In this document: positions 8,945-19,050 of the stretch, piece after piece
How the letters are laid out: the number at the start of each line of letters is the position of its first letter
Position numbering within the stretch: the first letter of the stretch is position 1
IMG/VR virus record: IMGVR_UViG_3300044729_002129
Span: 1 to 64,000 of that record
DNA length: 64,000 nucleotides
Direction: 5' to 3' (one strand)
Source of the DNA: a virus
Made by a program: the position numbers and the translations under genes
The notes under the pieces: generated by a model
Database searches by the model: none
Seen by the model: only the letters and a program-made list of their open reading frames with translations
Told to the model about the DNA's origin: nothing

Positions 8945-9897
8945 ATATATTAGTAACTGGAGGATCTGGATTTATTGGCAGTCACTTTATAGAAGAAATT
9001 CTAAAACGAGATGACGTTGATAAGGTGTATAACATAGATTGTGGTACTTATGCCGCAAACAAAAGTCTACCATTTCAAAATAATCCAAAGTATCACAAAT
9101 TAACACTGGATATTTCAGCACCATACTTTCCAGACCAAAAAAACTACTTGTTGAGTTTAGGACTAACGCATGTGGTTCATCTTGCAGCTGAATCTCATGT
9201 AGATAAGTCTATATCTGGACCAAAAAGATTTATTGAAACCAATATAGTTGGTACATTCAATCTGTTGGAATTATTTAAGAGTTATACTCTTGAGAAATTT
9301 ATACACGTATCAACTGATGAAGTATATGGAAGTCTTGGGTTTAAACAATCTTCGTTTGACATAGATAGTCCATATAGACCCAATAGTCCATATTCAGCAA
9401 CTAAAGCATCCAGCGATCTATTGGTACGAAGTTACAACAAAACCTATGGTACTCCAACCATAATCACCAATTGTAGCAACAACTTTGGATCCAGACAATA
9501 TCCAGAAAAATTAATTCCCGTAGCCATAAACAAGTTGAAAAACAAGCAATTGGTACCAATTTATGGAAATGGAGAGAATATACGAGACTGGATCTATGTA
9601 AAAGACCATGTTAACGCACTTATCAGTGTTACATTAGGCGGTTTGGTTGGAAAACAATACTTGATTGGGGGTAACAACGAACTATCTAATATAGAGCTAT
9701 TAACTCTAATCAAGAGTCGTTATGAACAAATAACCAATACTACTTTACCAGAAGTTTGGTATGAATTTGTATCTGATCGGCCAGGACATGATTTTAGATA
9801 TAGCGTTGATAACCGAGACTTTAAGATGGAATTTCCAGAATTTAAGCTTACCCCATTCGAAACTGCTATTGATGAAACTATTCGATCATATTTATAA
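8941..9897 (+). CDS. rmlB: dTDP-glucose 4,6-dehydratase
   Basis: VTGGSGFIGS, AAESHVD, HVSTDEVYG, YSATK, NCSNNFG..QYPEKLIP, DRPGHDFRY. Confidence 0.95.
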   Translation: MNILVTGGSGFIGSHFIEEILKRDDVDKVYNIDCGTYAANKSLPFQNNPKYHKLTLDISAPYFPDQKNYLLSLGLTHVVHLAAESHVDKSISGPKRFIETNIVGTFNLLELFKSYTLEKFIHVSTDEVYGSLGFKQSSFDIDSPYRPNSPYSATKASSDLLVRSYNKTYGTPTIITNCSNNFGSRQYPEKLIPVAINKLKNKQLVPIYGNGENIRDWIYVKDHVNALISVTLGGLVGKQYLIGGNNELSNIELLTLIKSRYEQITNTTLPEVWYEFVSDRPGHDFRYSVDNRDFKMEFPEFKLTPFETAIDETIRSYL

Positions 9898-9900
9898 AAT

Positions 9901-10290
9901 GTGCCGATTAGAATTTATTCTAAAAACGCCAAAAGTCTAAACCTTTCTGAAGAAAAGGCATGCTCCAAACTAGTTACAAGTGGTTCTATATACTCGCTGT
10001 ATGTGGAATGTTGTATACCAGATAGTATACGCAAAAACAGAGTATTCCTTATCAAAGATAACGGAGTTGTTGTAGGATGGAGTATCATACAACAACTTAA
10101 AAAACCCAGCGGTAAAAGAACTTTTCAGTTCATGATCTATATTAAACGTAAATATAGACGACAAGGATTGGGTACAAAACTATACAAACGCAGCAAAAAG
10201 TTCTTTAAACTCAAAGATCAAGAAATAAAAGTGTTTTCTACAACCAACTATAACGCTTTATTTTTTAACAAAATAAGACCCGATTTATAG
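9901..10290 (+). CDS. GNAT-family N-acetyltransferase
   Basis: YIKRKYRRQGLGTKL acetyl-CoA binding motif. Confidence 0.75.
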   Translation: MPIRIYSKNAKSLNLSEEKACSKLVTSGSIYSLYVECCIPDSIRKNRVFLIKDNGVVVGWSIIQQLKKPSGKRTFQFMIYIKRKYRRQGLGTKLYKRSKKFFKLKDQEIKVFSTTNYNALFFNKIRPDL

Positions 10291-10653
10291 AGTCTTCTCG
10301 TATACAGCCAACTTTGGATTTGCATATCCAAACTTTTTTACAAGCTGACCAGCAACACTATTTGCTTCATCTTCAATTTCACCACCAACGTCTTGGGTTT
10401 GTCCTTGAATCTTTCCATTTTGATTTTGTTGATGGTGAATCAATTCGTGAGCAATACTTCTCAATACATCTGCTAAACCTCTGTTTCTGCAATATACTTT
10501 TACATCACCATTTGCTGCGTTGTAATAAGCATAAGTTTTTAAATCTTCGTCACGATTTTGAGCTAACTTGACTTTGAATGGTTTATTCAAGTTTAGCTCG
10601 TCGCTAACGAACTTCAAAAATTTAACAATTGTGTATTTAGCTAATTTATCCAC
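10285..10653 (-). CDS. zincin metallopeptidase-like protein
   Basis: LRSIAHELIHHQQ and downstream EDEAN..AG. Confidence 0.7.
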   Translation of the reverse strand: MDKLAKYTIVKFLKFVSDELNLNKPFKVKLAQNRDEDLKTYAYYNAANGDVKVYCRNRGLADVLRSIAHELIHHQQNQNGKIQGQTQDVGGEIEDEANSVAGQLVKKFGYANPKLAVYEKTL

Positions 10654-10666
10654 ACTAATAAATATA

Positions 10667-11137
10667 TTAAATACCAGCTTCTTTATAAGATAATTTTACA
10701 ACACCTTCATCAATAAGACGTTTACGATTGATTTTATGTTGACCCTGTACCTTATCTTTGTTCTCACCCATATAACGAACTGCATAACCATTGGTAATTA
10801 GTTCATCGTTCAAAATCTTCTTGGTTTCTGGGTGCACAATTTCTCCAAGCAATCTACCAAACTTTTCTCTACCACTACTATCAACGTCATCACTGATATG
10901 GGTACGTAGAATTACGTATTTGTCTTTACATCCTTCAATAAACTTTTTTGCAAAGTCTTTACTAGCCAAACCAAACACCTTTTCAATTTTGTCTGAAGTT
11001 CGGCTTTCTGGAGTATCAACACCAAGAAGTCTTACCTTTTGATCTGTTAGTTTTACGTCAAAACCCAAGTCGATGTCTACAACAACTGTGTCTCCATCAA
11101 CAACTTCGGTTACCTTAGCATGATATTCGTATGGCAT
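10667..11137 (-). CDS. thermonuclease (SNase family)
   Basis: VVDGDT, VRLLGVDTPE, EKFGRLL, G.A; start moved to MPYEY (11137). Confidence 0.9.
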   Translation of the reverse strand: MPYEYHAKVTEVVDGDTVVVDIDLGFDVKLTDQKVRLLGVDTPESRTSDKIEKVFGLASKDFAKKFIEGCKDKYVILRTHISDDVDSSGREKFGRLLGEIVHPETKKILNDELITNGYAVRYMGENKDKVQGQHKINRKRLIDEGVVKLSYKEAGI

Positions 11138-11138
11138 A

Positions 11139-11990
11139 TTATTTTGTTTGTGGACCAAATATCTTACTCCAAAATCCCTTTTTTGAAGAAGATTCAGACT
11201 TCTTTTCAGATTTTGGTTCTTTAGTGATTGGTTTAGAAACATTTGCATCGTTTACCAATTCAACCGTTGTACCTCCATCACGGATATTCAACTTAATTAA
11301 AACTTCTCCAAATTTACGTGACTCTTCAACCTTGGTGGTAAATGTATAACCAGCTTCTTTAACACCAAGTCTCATTTTTGCGGCCAAGTCTTGGTTTTCT
11401 TTCTTAAGAAGTTCGATAGCGGTTTGATACTTTTTAAGTTCAGTTGTCAAAGCATTTCTTTCTTGAGTTAGCTCATTGATTCTAGAAAGCAACTTATTCT
11501 CGTCATTTTCACTCTTGGCTTTGGATAACTCACCGCCAAGTTCTGCCAACTCAGCAGTCATCTTAACGATAGTATTGCGAAGAGCTTTTGCATCATTTTC
11601 CAATGCTGTCTTTTCATTAACTAGACTATTGATCTTAACGTCTTTTTCATCAATTGATTTTTTAAGATTTTCAGTTAGACCATTTAGAGTAACAAGATTG
11701 GTCTGAATAACTTGAAACTTTAGATTATATTCAGTAACAAATCCCTCAAGTTCTTTCTTTTTTGTTTCGGTTGTATTGAGATTTTTAGACAATAACTCGT
11801 TTTTTTGAGTCAAGTTTGTTAGTTCAATACCATACTTCCTAACCTTGGAACTCAAAGCGATGGTATAGTATGAAAGAAACCCAAAGATAGTAATAAGCAG
11901 AATCCATACTGCTAATTTATACTTTGCGATTTTCTCTTGTTCTGTTGGTCCATTTGTAACTGGTGTCGTATCAATTTGGTGTTCACTCAT
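11139..11990 (-). CDS. membrane-anchored coiled-coil protein
   Basis: N-terminal TM, then about 170 aa of heptad-rich sequence; C-terminal KKGFWSKIFG amphipathic helix. Confidence 0.6.
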   Translation of the reverse strand: MSEHQIDTTPVTNGPTEQEKIAKYKLAVWILLITIFGFLSYYTIALSSKVRKYGIELTNLTQKNELLSKNLNTTETKKKELEGFVTEYNLKFQVIQTNLVTLNGLTENLKKSIDEKDVKINSLVNEKTALENDAKALRNTIVKMTAELAELGGELSKAKSENDENKLLSRINELTQERNALTTELKKYQTAIELLKKENQDLAAKMRLGVKEAGYTFTTKVEESRKFGEVLIKLNIRDGGTTVELVNDANVSKPITKEPKSEKKSESSSKKGFWSKIFGPQTK

Positions 11991-12005
11991 AACTTTAATA
12001 AGTCC

Positions 12006-12365
12006 TTATTCTAGTGTTAATAGATATTTTAGTTTGTTTAATTCTGCCAACATTTCGTCTCGGATATTTAACAAATCAGTGTCAGATTCTTCCAATCCCT
12101 TTGGAAGTTCATTCACTAAATAATCAATGTACTTGTTAACGAATGTTTCAGTGGGTAGATCTTGGTAATCTTTCAATTCAATAGTAAAACCATTTTTACC
12201 ACGTATACGACCATATTTACCCATCAATACTTCGATAAATTGATCAACAAGATCACTAAATTCATCATATGCAGCACCAAGGGCTTGATGTTCAGAATAC
12301 TTCTTGGTTTGCCAGTGGTTGATTTTTAGCTGGTTGTGTAGAGTTAAAAGATTGGTTACTATCAT
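12006..12365 (-). CDS. ferritin/Dps-like protein (DUF5856-like)
   Basis: HWQT..YSEHQALG..YD...DQFIE, DLLNIRDEML...NKLKYLLTL. Confidence 0.75.
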   Translation of the reverse strand: MIVTNLLTLHNQLKINHWQTKKYSEHQALGAAYDEFSDLVDQFIEVLMGKYGRIRGKNGFTIELKDYQDLPTETFVNKYIDYLVNELPKGLEESDTDLLNIRDEMLAELNKLKYLLTLE

Positions 12366-12436
12366 ATATGTTATAAATATCTGTTAAAAATTAAAATAAA
12401 CCAAAACATTACATCGTTGGGTATTTATATTCTGAT

Positions 12437-13195
12437 ATGTTATTTTCTAAAGAACCAAAACAAATATGCAATATACCTTGGCCAGGTGATGATCAATTAC
12501 AACAATCAGTAAAAGATAAGACAATTATCTTAGTACCAGTTGCTTCACATATAGAACCAGCATGTGATGACGCATTAAGACAACTCGAAAAGGATGGGGT
12601 CAAAGTATATAGAAAATATGGATTTAGTGCTATTGATCAAGGTAGATGTGTGATGGCACAACAAGCTATAAATGATGGATATGAACACTTGTTTTGGATT
12701 GATAGTGATATCGCATTTTGTCCATATGATATATACAGAATCATAAATACCAGTATAAGAGAACAACAACCATTTATTACAGGAACATATTGTGTAAAAG
12801 GATGGCCGGCATTGACCACAAAGTTTCATAGTGGATTTGACGAAATCATATTTGGACCACATGGTGGTCTTTATGAGGTAGAGTATGCAGCTACAGGCTT
12901 TATGTATACACATGTGAGTGTATACGAACGTATTAAAGTCAAGTTTGGACTAAAACCAGTTAACATATGGGGTGGACAATATAAAGTTCATGCGTGGTTT
13001 CTTCCTATGATTATAGACGACGATTATGTTGGAGAAGACTTTTCATTTTGTCATAGAGCCAGAAAGTCGGGAATCACAATATTTGCAGACACAACAATCA
13101 GATTAGCACATATTGGACGATATAGTTATAGCTTCGATTTTATTAACCGAGGTGTTGTAGAAGAACCAAATACATTAATATTTAAAAACAAATGA
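12437..13195 (+). CDS. GT-A fold glycosyltransferase-like protein
   Basis: LFWIDSDI, ATGFM, GEDFSFCHRAR..G..I.AD..I.L.HIG. Confidence 0.7.
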   Translation: MLFSKEPKQICNIPWPGDDQLQQSVKDKTIILVPVASHIEPACDDALRQLEKDGVKVYRKYGFSAIDQGRCVMAQQAINDGYEHLFWIDSDIAFCPYDIYRIINTSIREQQPFITGTYCVKGWPALTTKFHSGFDEIIFGPHGGLYEVEYAATGFMYTHVSVYERIKVKFGLKPVNIWGGQYKVHAWFLPMIIDDDYVGEDFSFCHRARKSGITIFADTTIRLAHIGRYSYSFDFINRGVVEEPNTLIFKNK

Positions 13196-13725
13196 ATTGT
13201 GTATTACATTTTATATGTAACATCAATGATATAAAGAATGTAGAACATAATTATAAAATATTATCTTCTGTGGTTGATAAACACTTTTTAATAACATTCA
13301 ATCCAGAAGCACTTCCACAAAATTGTAACTTTGAACAAATATTCTCACAAAAATTTAATTTTATAGATGAGTGGCATTTGGATTATCATTTATATCATTT
13401 AAAATACTTTGTCACAAAATATTTGCTTTTAAAAAGATATAGAAGAGTTATGTTTATATCTTCAAATCTAAAATTAGAAAACATAGAAAAAATACCAGAG
13501 TTATACAATTCTATTAAAGCCGATAACATCGATTGTATTAAATTTTCAAATAAAGATGTAGTTTCAAAAGATATATACATGATGAGAATTCAATATATGA
13601 AAACCAATTTGATTTATTCGGATTGTAGTTACGAGCAATATTGTACCCGTGACAAAATATATGGACACGATTTATATATTTCTAGTCCATTTTATAAAAT
13701 TGAAAATCTAGAATATTATATATAA
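13192..13725 (+). CDS. hypothetical protein (possibly degenerate GT-like)
   Basis: AT-rich ORF translationally coupled between two GT-like genes. Confidence 0.45.
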   Translation: MNCVLHFICNINDIKNVEHNYKILSSVVDKHFLITFNPEALPQNCNFEQIFSQKFNFIDEWHLDYHLYHLKYFVTKYLLLKRYRRVMFISSNLKLENIEKIPELYNSIKADNIDCIKFSNKDVVSKDIYMMRIQYMKTNLIYSDCSYEQYCTRDKIYGHDLYISSPFYKIENLEYYI

Positions 13726-14783
13726 TGTCTGATGTAATACTATTTTTAACATCGCCAAAAACCAAAGAACGAGAACAAATGTCTTTGGAGAACTTAAGAC
13801 AATTATCTAAGCTAGGAAAAGATATTGTAATACTATCTACCGTTCAAAATATAAACGAAGAATTTTTTAAACTATCCAAGTTAGTAATCTTTGATTTTTA
13901 CAACGGAATGATAGACAGAGTTGTATATAAGAAAGCGAGGGAATATCCAATTCCATATGGAGGAGCGTTTGGATCTTTTTTCTATTGTTCCAATTATCCA
14001 AACTATCTAATATATACTCACACTCATTTTCTCAGTGTATTCAGAAACACAAAAAATTTAATAAAGATAGCGCTTGCTTTAAAGTATACAAATTTCTTTT
14101 ATGTTGAGGACGATCACTACTTTTCAGATGACGGAATAAACAAATTATCTGAGTACTTTATTCGGATGAATAATGAAAGTTTAAATGCTATATACTTTGG
14201 AAATATGTGGGAAGGCATTTGTACATCCAGTGTAATTCATTCTTATTTTTGGTTTGGGAATTGCATGTATTTCAATGAAAGCATTTTGGATAGAATTCCT
14301 GAAACACAAGAGGAATTAGAATCAGCACATCCAGATTCAATTGATTACGAGACTTTTCTATATTATGTACTTTACTTACAAACACATAATAAACATAATG
14401 TATATTTTGAAAACGTTAAAAATTATGGATTTGCGTCAATTTTTGGCAAAGATACTAAGCTAAATAAAATATATTCACACGATAGTATAATAAGTGATTC
14501 AAGATCCATATTATTGTATGAACAAACATCAGATCGATTAGTTTTCTTTATAAATTTAGAAAATCTAAAAGTTGATGAGGATTATATAACCCTAGAAATT
14601 CACAGAAATAATACATTGTTTTTTTGGGGAAAATTGTCAAAATCACGTGCATTTTATGCGTTGGACGTAGATTTAAAATTGAATGAAAAACCTGATATAA
14701 GAATAACATTCAATTCAAAGTTAACGAAGGAATATAAATCTCTAACTGAAAATGATGTGAGAAAAAATGGTCGGTGGTTATAA
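13725..14783 (+). CDS. putative GT-A-like protein, ExD paralog family
   Basis: HFLSVFRN...ALALKYTNFFYVEDD; DYETFLY. Confidence 0.55.
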   Translation: MSDVILFLTSPKTKEREQMSLENLRQLSKLGKDIVILSTVQNINEEFFKLSKLVIFDFYNGMIDRVVYKKAREYPIPYGGAFGSFFYCSNYPNYLIYTHTHFLSVFRNTKNLIKIALALKYTNFFYVEDDHYFSDDGINKLSEYFIRMNNESLNAIYFGNMWEGICTSSVIHSYFWFGNCMYFNESILDRIPETQEELESAHPDSIDYETFLYYVLYLQTHNKHNVYFENVKNYGFASIFGKDTKLNKIYSHDSIISDSRSILLYEQTSDRLVFFINLENLKVDEDYITLEIHRNNTLFFWGKLSKSRAFYALDVDLKLNEKPDIRITFNSKLTKEYKSLTENDVRKNGRWL

Positions 14784-14807
14784 AATTAAATATTTATATA
14801 TAATACG

Positions 14808-15263
14808 ATGACTCCAGAAACATACATAGTGGAGTGTGCAAATTGGAAAGCCAAAGTGGACTTTACCAATACAAGTAGTTTTGAATCTACCGAAGATAAA
14901 ATATTTGAAGTTTGTACATTAGCCTTTGAAAACATCTTCGCAAACACCTACAATTCAGATCATGTGATGGTATTTGAATTGAAAAATTCAATGGGTGTAG
15001 ATTACTTCAAAGATTTAAAGATGGAGAAAATTCCAGATCCATCATTTGCATTATTAACCAAAGCATATAGTCTAAAAGACGAAGACAACGAATCTAAACA
15101 TTATTTTGTATTAACAAGACCATTATTAGAAAATGCTTCTCTTCCAGACATGTTATTGGAATTAAAAAACTTTGAACAAGCTATGAAAAAGAATAATAAA
15201 TTCTTTTATAAGAACTTGATTGGCTTATTCAAAAATTGCAAGATACTAACCAATTTAAAATGA
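14808..15263 (+). CDS. hypothetical protein, paralog of 23479..23832
   Basis: ANWKAKVD...EVCT.AFE...LLENAS. Confidence 0.6.
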   Translation: MTPETYIVECANWKAKVDFTNTSSFESTEDKIFEVCTLAFENIFANTYNSDHVMVFELKNSMGVDYFKDLKMEKIPDPSFALLTKAYSLKDEDNESKHYFVLTRPLLENASLPDMLLELKNFEQAMKKNNKFFYKNLIGLFKNCKILTNLK

Positions 15264-16712
15264 TTACACATCTTTGAGTGCCAAAGATGGTAAACCCTGA
15301 CCCATACTATGTTCATATAGTATTGCAGCCGCAGATTGATTAAATGGAATATTTAAAGTTTTTCTAACTCTGGTTTCCAAATCATCTCTCATCTGAACAA
15401 TCTCTTCGGATTTTAGATAGTCGGTAAAAACATAACTTTCATAGTTTTGACCTGGAACACCTTTATAGAAGTTGCTAGTTGTAGAATAATCAAGTGTCTT
15501 ACTATACAAGTTATCACCAGTCTTTTCCACAGTATATCTATAAACATTATCACCAATCTCCACAGACTTATCATAGTATGGAGTGCCTGGATATGGGGTG
15601 ATGACGGTACAATCAAAATCATCAGTTTGATTCTTGATTAAGAACTCAGCCACATCATTAATAGTCTTTTCACTTTCGCCTGGGTGGCCAACGCTCATCA
15701 GCGACTTGATTTTTAATCCGTACTTCTTACACTTTTCTATAACTCTAACGTTATCATCGTATGTAGCCTTCTTATTGATGTTTTGTAAAATACGATCATT
15801 ACCCGCCTCAAATCCACACAACAACCATCTGAATCCAGCTTCATACATTAACTTGGCCTGTGTGTCTGTAAATAATTCACTTTTGACAAATCCTCGTAGT
15901 CTAAACTCTACACCCAATCTATTTTGTAACTTAATCAAGTCGGTCAACAATGATTCAAATTGTTTATTTACATTCAGTTCATCATCATAAAACATGAACC
16001 CTTCCAAACCATATTCTTTGTGAAGAAATTCAATTTCATCCAAAATATTGTTGCCACTACGAGTTCTTATTCTACGTAGAGAATTGCTTAATCTACCACC
16101 ACAAAACCCGCAGTTAAATGGACAACCCAATTGTGCAATAATACTAGTAGCCTTTTTACCATCGATTGTATAATGATATGATTCAAGATCAATCAATTCT
16201 CTGGCCGGCATTGGCAACTTTTCATAATCCTCGTTGGTCAAGAAATATTGTTGTTTTGGATCATCACCATCAATAAACTTTTCAGTTGTTTCAATGGCTG
16301 GGAAAATAGCCTTCTCACCATCACCACTTACCAAACAATCAAAGTGTTCTTCCAGTACATTTTTATTCATGGTAGAACGTTTGTTTGGATTAGTCTTATA
16401 AGCCGCATATACCAAAGTGACATGTGGACCACCCAAAACAACTCTACTATTTGGTTTGTATTTCTTTATCAAATCCTTGATCTTAATTGAGTGAGGAAGT
16501 TGAGGAGTTGTCGCAGTAATGCAAAAAATGTTAGAATCTTTTTGTTTTAAATAAACCTCCATTACGTCCAAGTAATTCTTAATACCACTAAGATCTAAAA
16601 CTTTTACTTCATACTTGGATTGCAATACAGCTGCAATTTTTAGTAATCCCAAGCTTGGAAAAACTCTTTCATCTAATAAAAATGGAGATGGTGGTATAAC
16701 TAAAGTAATCAT
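15264..16712 (-). CDS. cobalamin-binding radical SAM enzyme (copy 1)
   Basis: PSLGLLKIAAVL, GGPHVT, GDGE, P.PAR.L, GCPFNCGFC, FYDD, GFEAG, GHPGES, PYPGT. Confidence 0.9.
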   Translation of the reverse strand: MITLVIPPSPFLLDERVFPSLGLLKIAAVLQSKYEVKVLDLSGIKNYLDVMEVYLKQKDSNIFCITATTPQLPHSIKIKDLIKKYKPNSRVVLGGPHVTLVYAAYKTNPNKRSTMNKNVLEEHFDCLVSGDGEKAIFPAIETTEKFIDGDDPKQQYFLTNEDYEKLPMPARELIDLESYHYTIDGKKATSIIAQLGCPFNCGFCGGRLSNSLRRIRTRSGNNILDEIEFLHKEYGLEGFMFYDDELNVNKQFESLLTDLIKLQNRLGVEFRLRGFVKSELFTDTQAKLMYEAGFRWLLCGFEAGNDRILQNINKKATYDDNVRVIEKCKKYGLKIKSLMSVGHPGESEKTINDVAEFLIKNQTDDFDCTVITPYPGTPYYDKSVEIGDNVYRYTVEKTGDNLYSKTLDYSTTSNFYKGVPGQNYESYVFTDYLKSEEIVQMRDDLETRVRKTLNIPFNQSAAAILYEHSMGQGLPSLALKDV

Positions 16713-16729
16713 AACAATTTCAATATCGG

Positions 16730-16918
16730 TTAATTTACGACTTCAACTTTACATTGCTTTTTATTAAAAAAGCCTTCATCAATTAAATATTTGACTACAA
16801 AATCACATTGTGGTCTAAATTCCATCATATCCAAATCACTTGGTTTCCATATACGTATGGTCTTGGAATCTTTGACAAGGAACTTAATTCCATGGATTTT
16901 TCCAGTATAATTATTCAT
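16730..16918 (-). CDS. hypothetical protein
   Basis: VKYLIDEGF motif; preceded by TATTTAT. Confidence 0.6.
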   Translation of the reverse strand: MNNYTGKIHGIKFLVKDSKTIRIWKPSDLDMMEFRPQCDFVVKYLIDEGFFNKKQCKVEVVN

Positions 16919-16960
16919 ATACTATAAATAGTATTGTTCATATACGATAGTTATTTTAAC

Positions 16961-16988
16961 TTGTAAAAAAATAAAGTCAAGATACGAT
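16961..16988 (+). promoter_or_regulatory. sigma70-like promoter TTGTAA-N16-TACGAT
   Basis: 7 nt upstream of dCMP deaminase ATG. Confidence 0.45.
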
Positions 16989-16995
16989 TTAAGTT

Positions 16996-17505
16996 ATGAA
17001 GGACAATACAAGTTTTATAAATTGGTTCATGGAAGGCGTTTATTGGATTGCTAGTAAAAGCAAAGATCCAAAAACCAAAATTGGTGCTATTCTAGTAAAA
17101 GATCGTAGGATTATATCTACCGGATATAATGGTATACCAATTGGTGTAGATGATAAATTGTCAAATAGAAACGAGAGACCTGAAAAATACAAGTGGTTTG
17201 AACATGGTGAGCGCAACGCTATTTATTCGGCGGCTAAACACGGCATATCTACAGAAGGATCTGTGTTGTATACTAACGCTCTTCCTTGCGCAGATTGTGC
17301 TAGAGGTATAATTCAGAGCGGTATTAGTGAAGTATACATCCATAAACAATTTAATGATATCTGTGACATGCATCAGAGAGAACAATGGAAAGGACATGAT
17401 AATGCCACTTTTACTATGTTTAATGAAGCTGGTGTAAAAGTATTCATGATTGATAAAGAGTTGGGATGTAAAGCTTATTTTGATGGAAAAGAGTTTAATG
17501 TATGA
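16996..17505 (+). CDS. dCMP deaminase
   Basis: SKDP.TKIGA, TGYNG, HGERNAI, PCADCAR.IIQSGI. Confidence 0.92.
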   Translation: MKDNTSFINWFMEGVYWIASKSKDPKTKIGAILVKDRRIISTGYNGIPIGVDDKLSNRNERPEKYKWFEHGERNAIYSAAKHGISTEGSVLYTNALPCADCARGIIQSGISEVYIHKQFNDICDMHQREQWKGHDNATFTMFNEAGVKVFMIDKELGCKAYFDGKEFNV

Positions 17506-17993
17506 GACCTGAATTAGAAAGTTACCTAGTTAAAAAGTTTCCAAAACTTTATACTGAATGTGGAGAACATCCGTTTACACAATTTGGATTTGAGTGTGAT
17601 GATGGGTGGTTTAGACTAATTCTTTGGTTAAGTCGATATCTTCAAGACTATATTGATCAACAAAATAAATGGGCAGAAAAGTATCCAGATCAATATCTTC
17701 CAGTAAAACAAATCAAAGTTGCACAAGTAAAAGAAAAGTTTGCTACTCTTAGATTTTATACAAATGGCGGCAATGAAAGAACCGAAGCTATTATTACTTT
17801 TGCAGAGTATATGTCTGGATATATCTGTGAACGTTCAGGCAGAACCGATGACATAGTAGTTAATTCAAATGGGTGGAATAAAACTCAACATATTAGTTTT
17901 GTTAAAAGTGGAGATAACATTCATTATGTAGATGATCCAGAACTAAGATTGCTCTTAAAAGATGATCTTAATCAGTTAAAATTGAAAATATGA
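17502..17993 (+). CDS. conserved phage hypothetical protein
   Basis: GFECDDGW..L, QVKEKF..LRFY, ICE..G. Confidence 0.7.
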   Translation: MRPELESYLVKKFPKLYTECGEHPFTQFGFECDDGWFRLILWLSRYLQDYIDQQNKWAEKYPDQYLPVKQIKVAQVKEKFATLRFYTNGGNERTEAIITFAEYMSGYICERSGRTDDIVVNSNGWNKTQHISFVKSGDNIHYVDDPELRLLLKDDLNQLKLKI

Positions 17994-19036
17994 ACAAAGA
18001 CAATATTATTGTTATAAGCACATTTCCAAACACGCTTGAAAAAATTTCTTATTTACAAGAACAACTTTACTATTTTAGTAAACTAAAAATTCCAATATTA
18101 GTAATTTCAGGATGTGATATTCCGGCACACTTGAATTTTATGATTGATTATTTAATCATAAACAAAGAAAATGACCAGCTTGGTCGTGATTTTATGTATA
18201 AGTGTATAGAAGAACTTAAACTACCAAACACAGTTTATCCATGGATGTCAATAGACTCTGGATATTTGTGTATATATACTCCAAGTGTTAATTCAACGAT
18301 TACAAAAAACATAAAATTATCTATAAAGACTGCAAAGACTCTTGGATATAAAAATGTATTCTTCACCGAAGATGATAACATATTCAAAGATGGATCATTT
18401 GAATTTTTTAAAAAACAATTTGAAATATTAAACGAGGATAAGTACAAACTTATTACAGGTACTGGACACATTAACAATGTGAACATGTTATACATAACAT
18501 ATTTTTTTACAAATATAGACTTTTTTCTGGATAGATTTATTATACCCCATGAAAAAGAAGACTGGTATGACTCAGAAAATATAATCAAATTTAAATTAAA
18601 TTACGCATATGAGTGTTTATTTTATGATTTATTTAAAAATGATATGGATAAATTCCTAGACATCACAGATGATCTTGCAAAATTTAAAGCAAATGGTGAT
18701 ACCGATGATGGTAAATCTGTAAGGTTGCAAAATGAAATGTGGATATTAAATAATTTTATAAATGTATTTGTAGACGCAAACAAAAATAAATACATAATTT
18801 TATCTAATAAAACAAACACATTAATAGATAAAAAAAAGGAGAGAAACTATCATATAGACACATACATAGATGATGCTCATTTTGATAGTATTACACTATG
18901 GCCATCACATTATCAGGTGTATGGTATAGATAATAATGTTAAACGTGTAAGAATAAAAATAGACGACTTATTAGATAAAACAATTGATGTTGACTATGAC
19001 ATTGTAAAATTTAACGGATTGTTAGTGTTTAATTGA
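17990..19036 (+). CDS. putative GT-A-like protein, ExD paralog family
   Basis: IPILVISG, AKTLGYKNVFFTEDD, YFFTNIDFF, AYECLFY. Confidence 0.55.
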   Translation: MNKDNIIVISTFPNTLEKISYLQEQLYYFSKLKIPILVISGCDIPAHLNFMIDYLIINKENDQLGRDFMYKCIEELKLPNTVYPWMSIDSGYLCIYTPSVNSTITKNIKLSIKTAKTLGYKNVFFTEDDNIFKDGSFEFFKKQFEILNEDKYKLITGTGHINNVNMLYITYFFTNIDFFLDRFIIPHEKEDWYDSENIIKFKLNYAYECLFYDLFKNDMDKFLDITDDLAKFKANGDTDDGKSVRLQNEMWILNNFINVFVDANKNKYIILSNKTNTLIDKKKERNYHIDTYIDDAHFDSITLWPSHYQVYGIDNNVKRVRIKIDDLLDKTIDVDYDIVKFNGLLVFN

Positions 19037-19050
19037 TACTTATAAACAAT

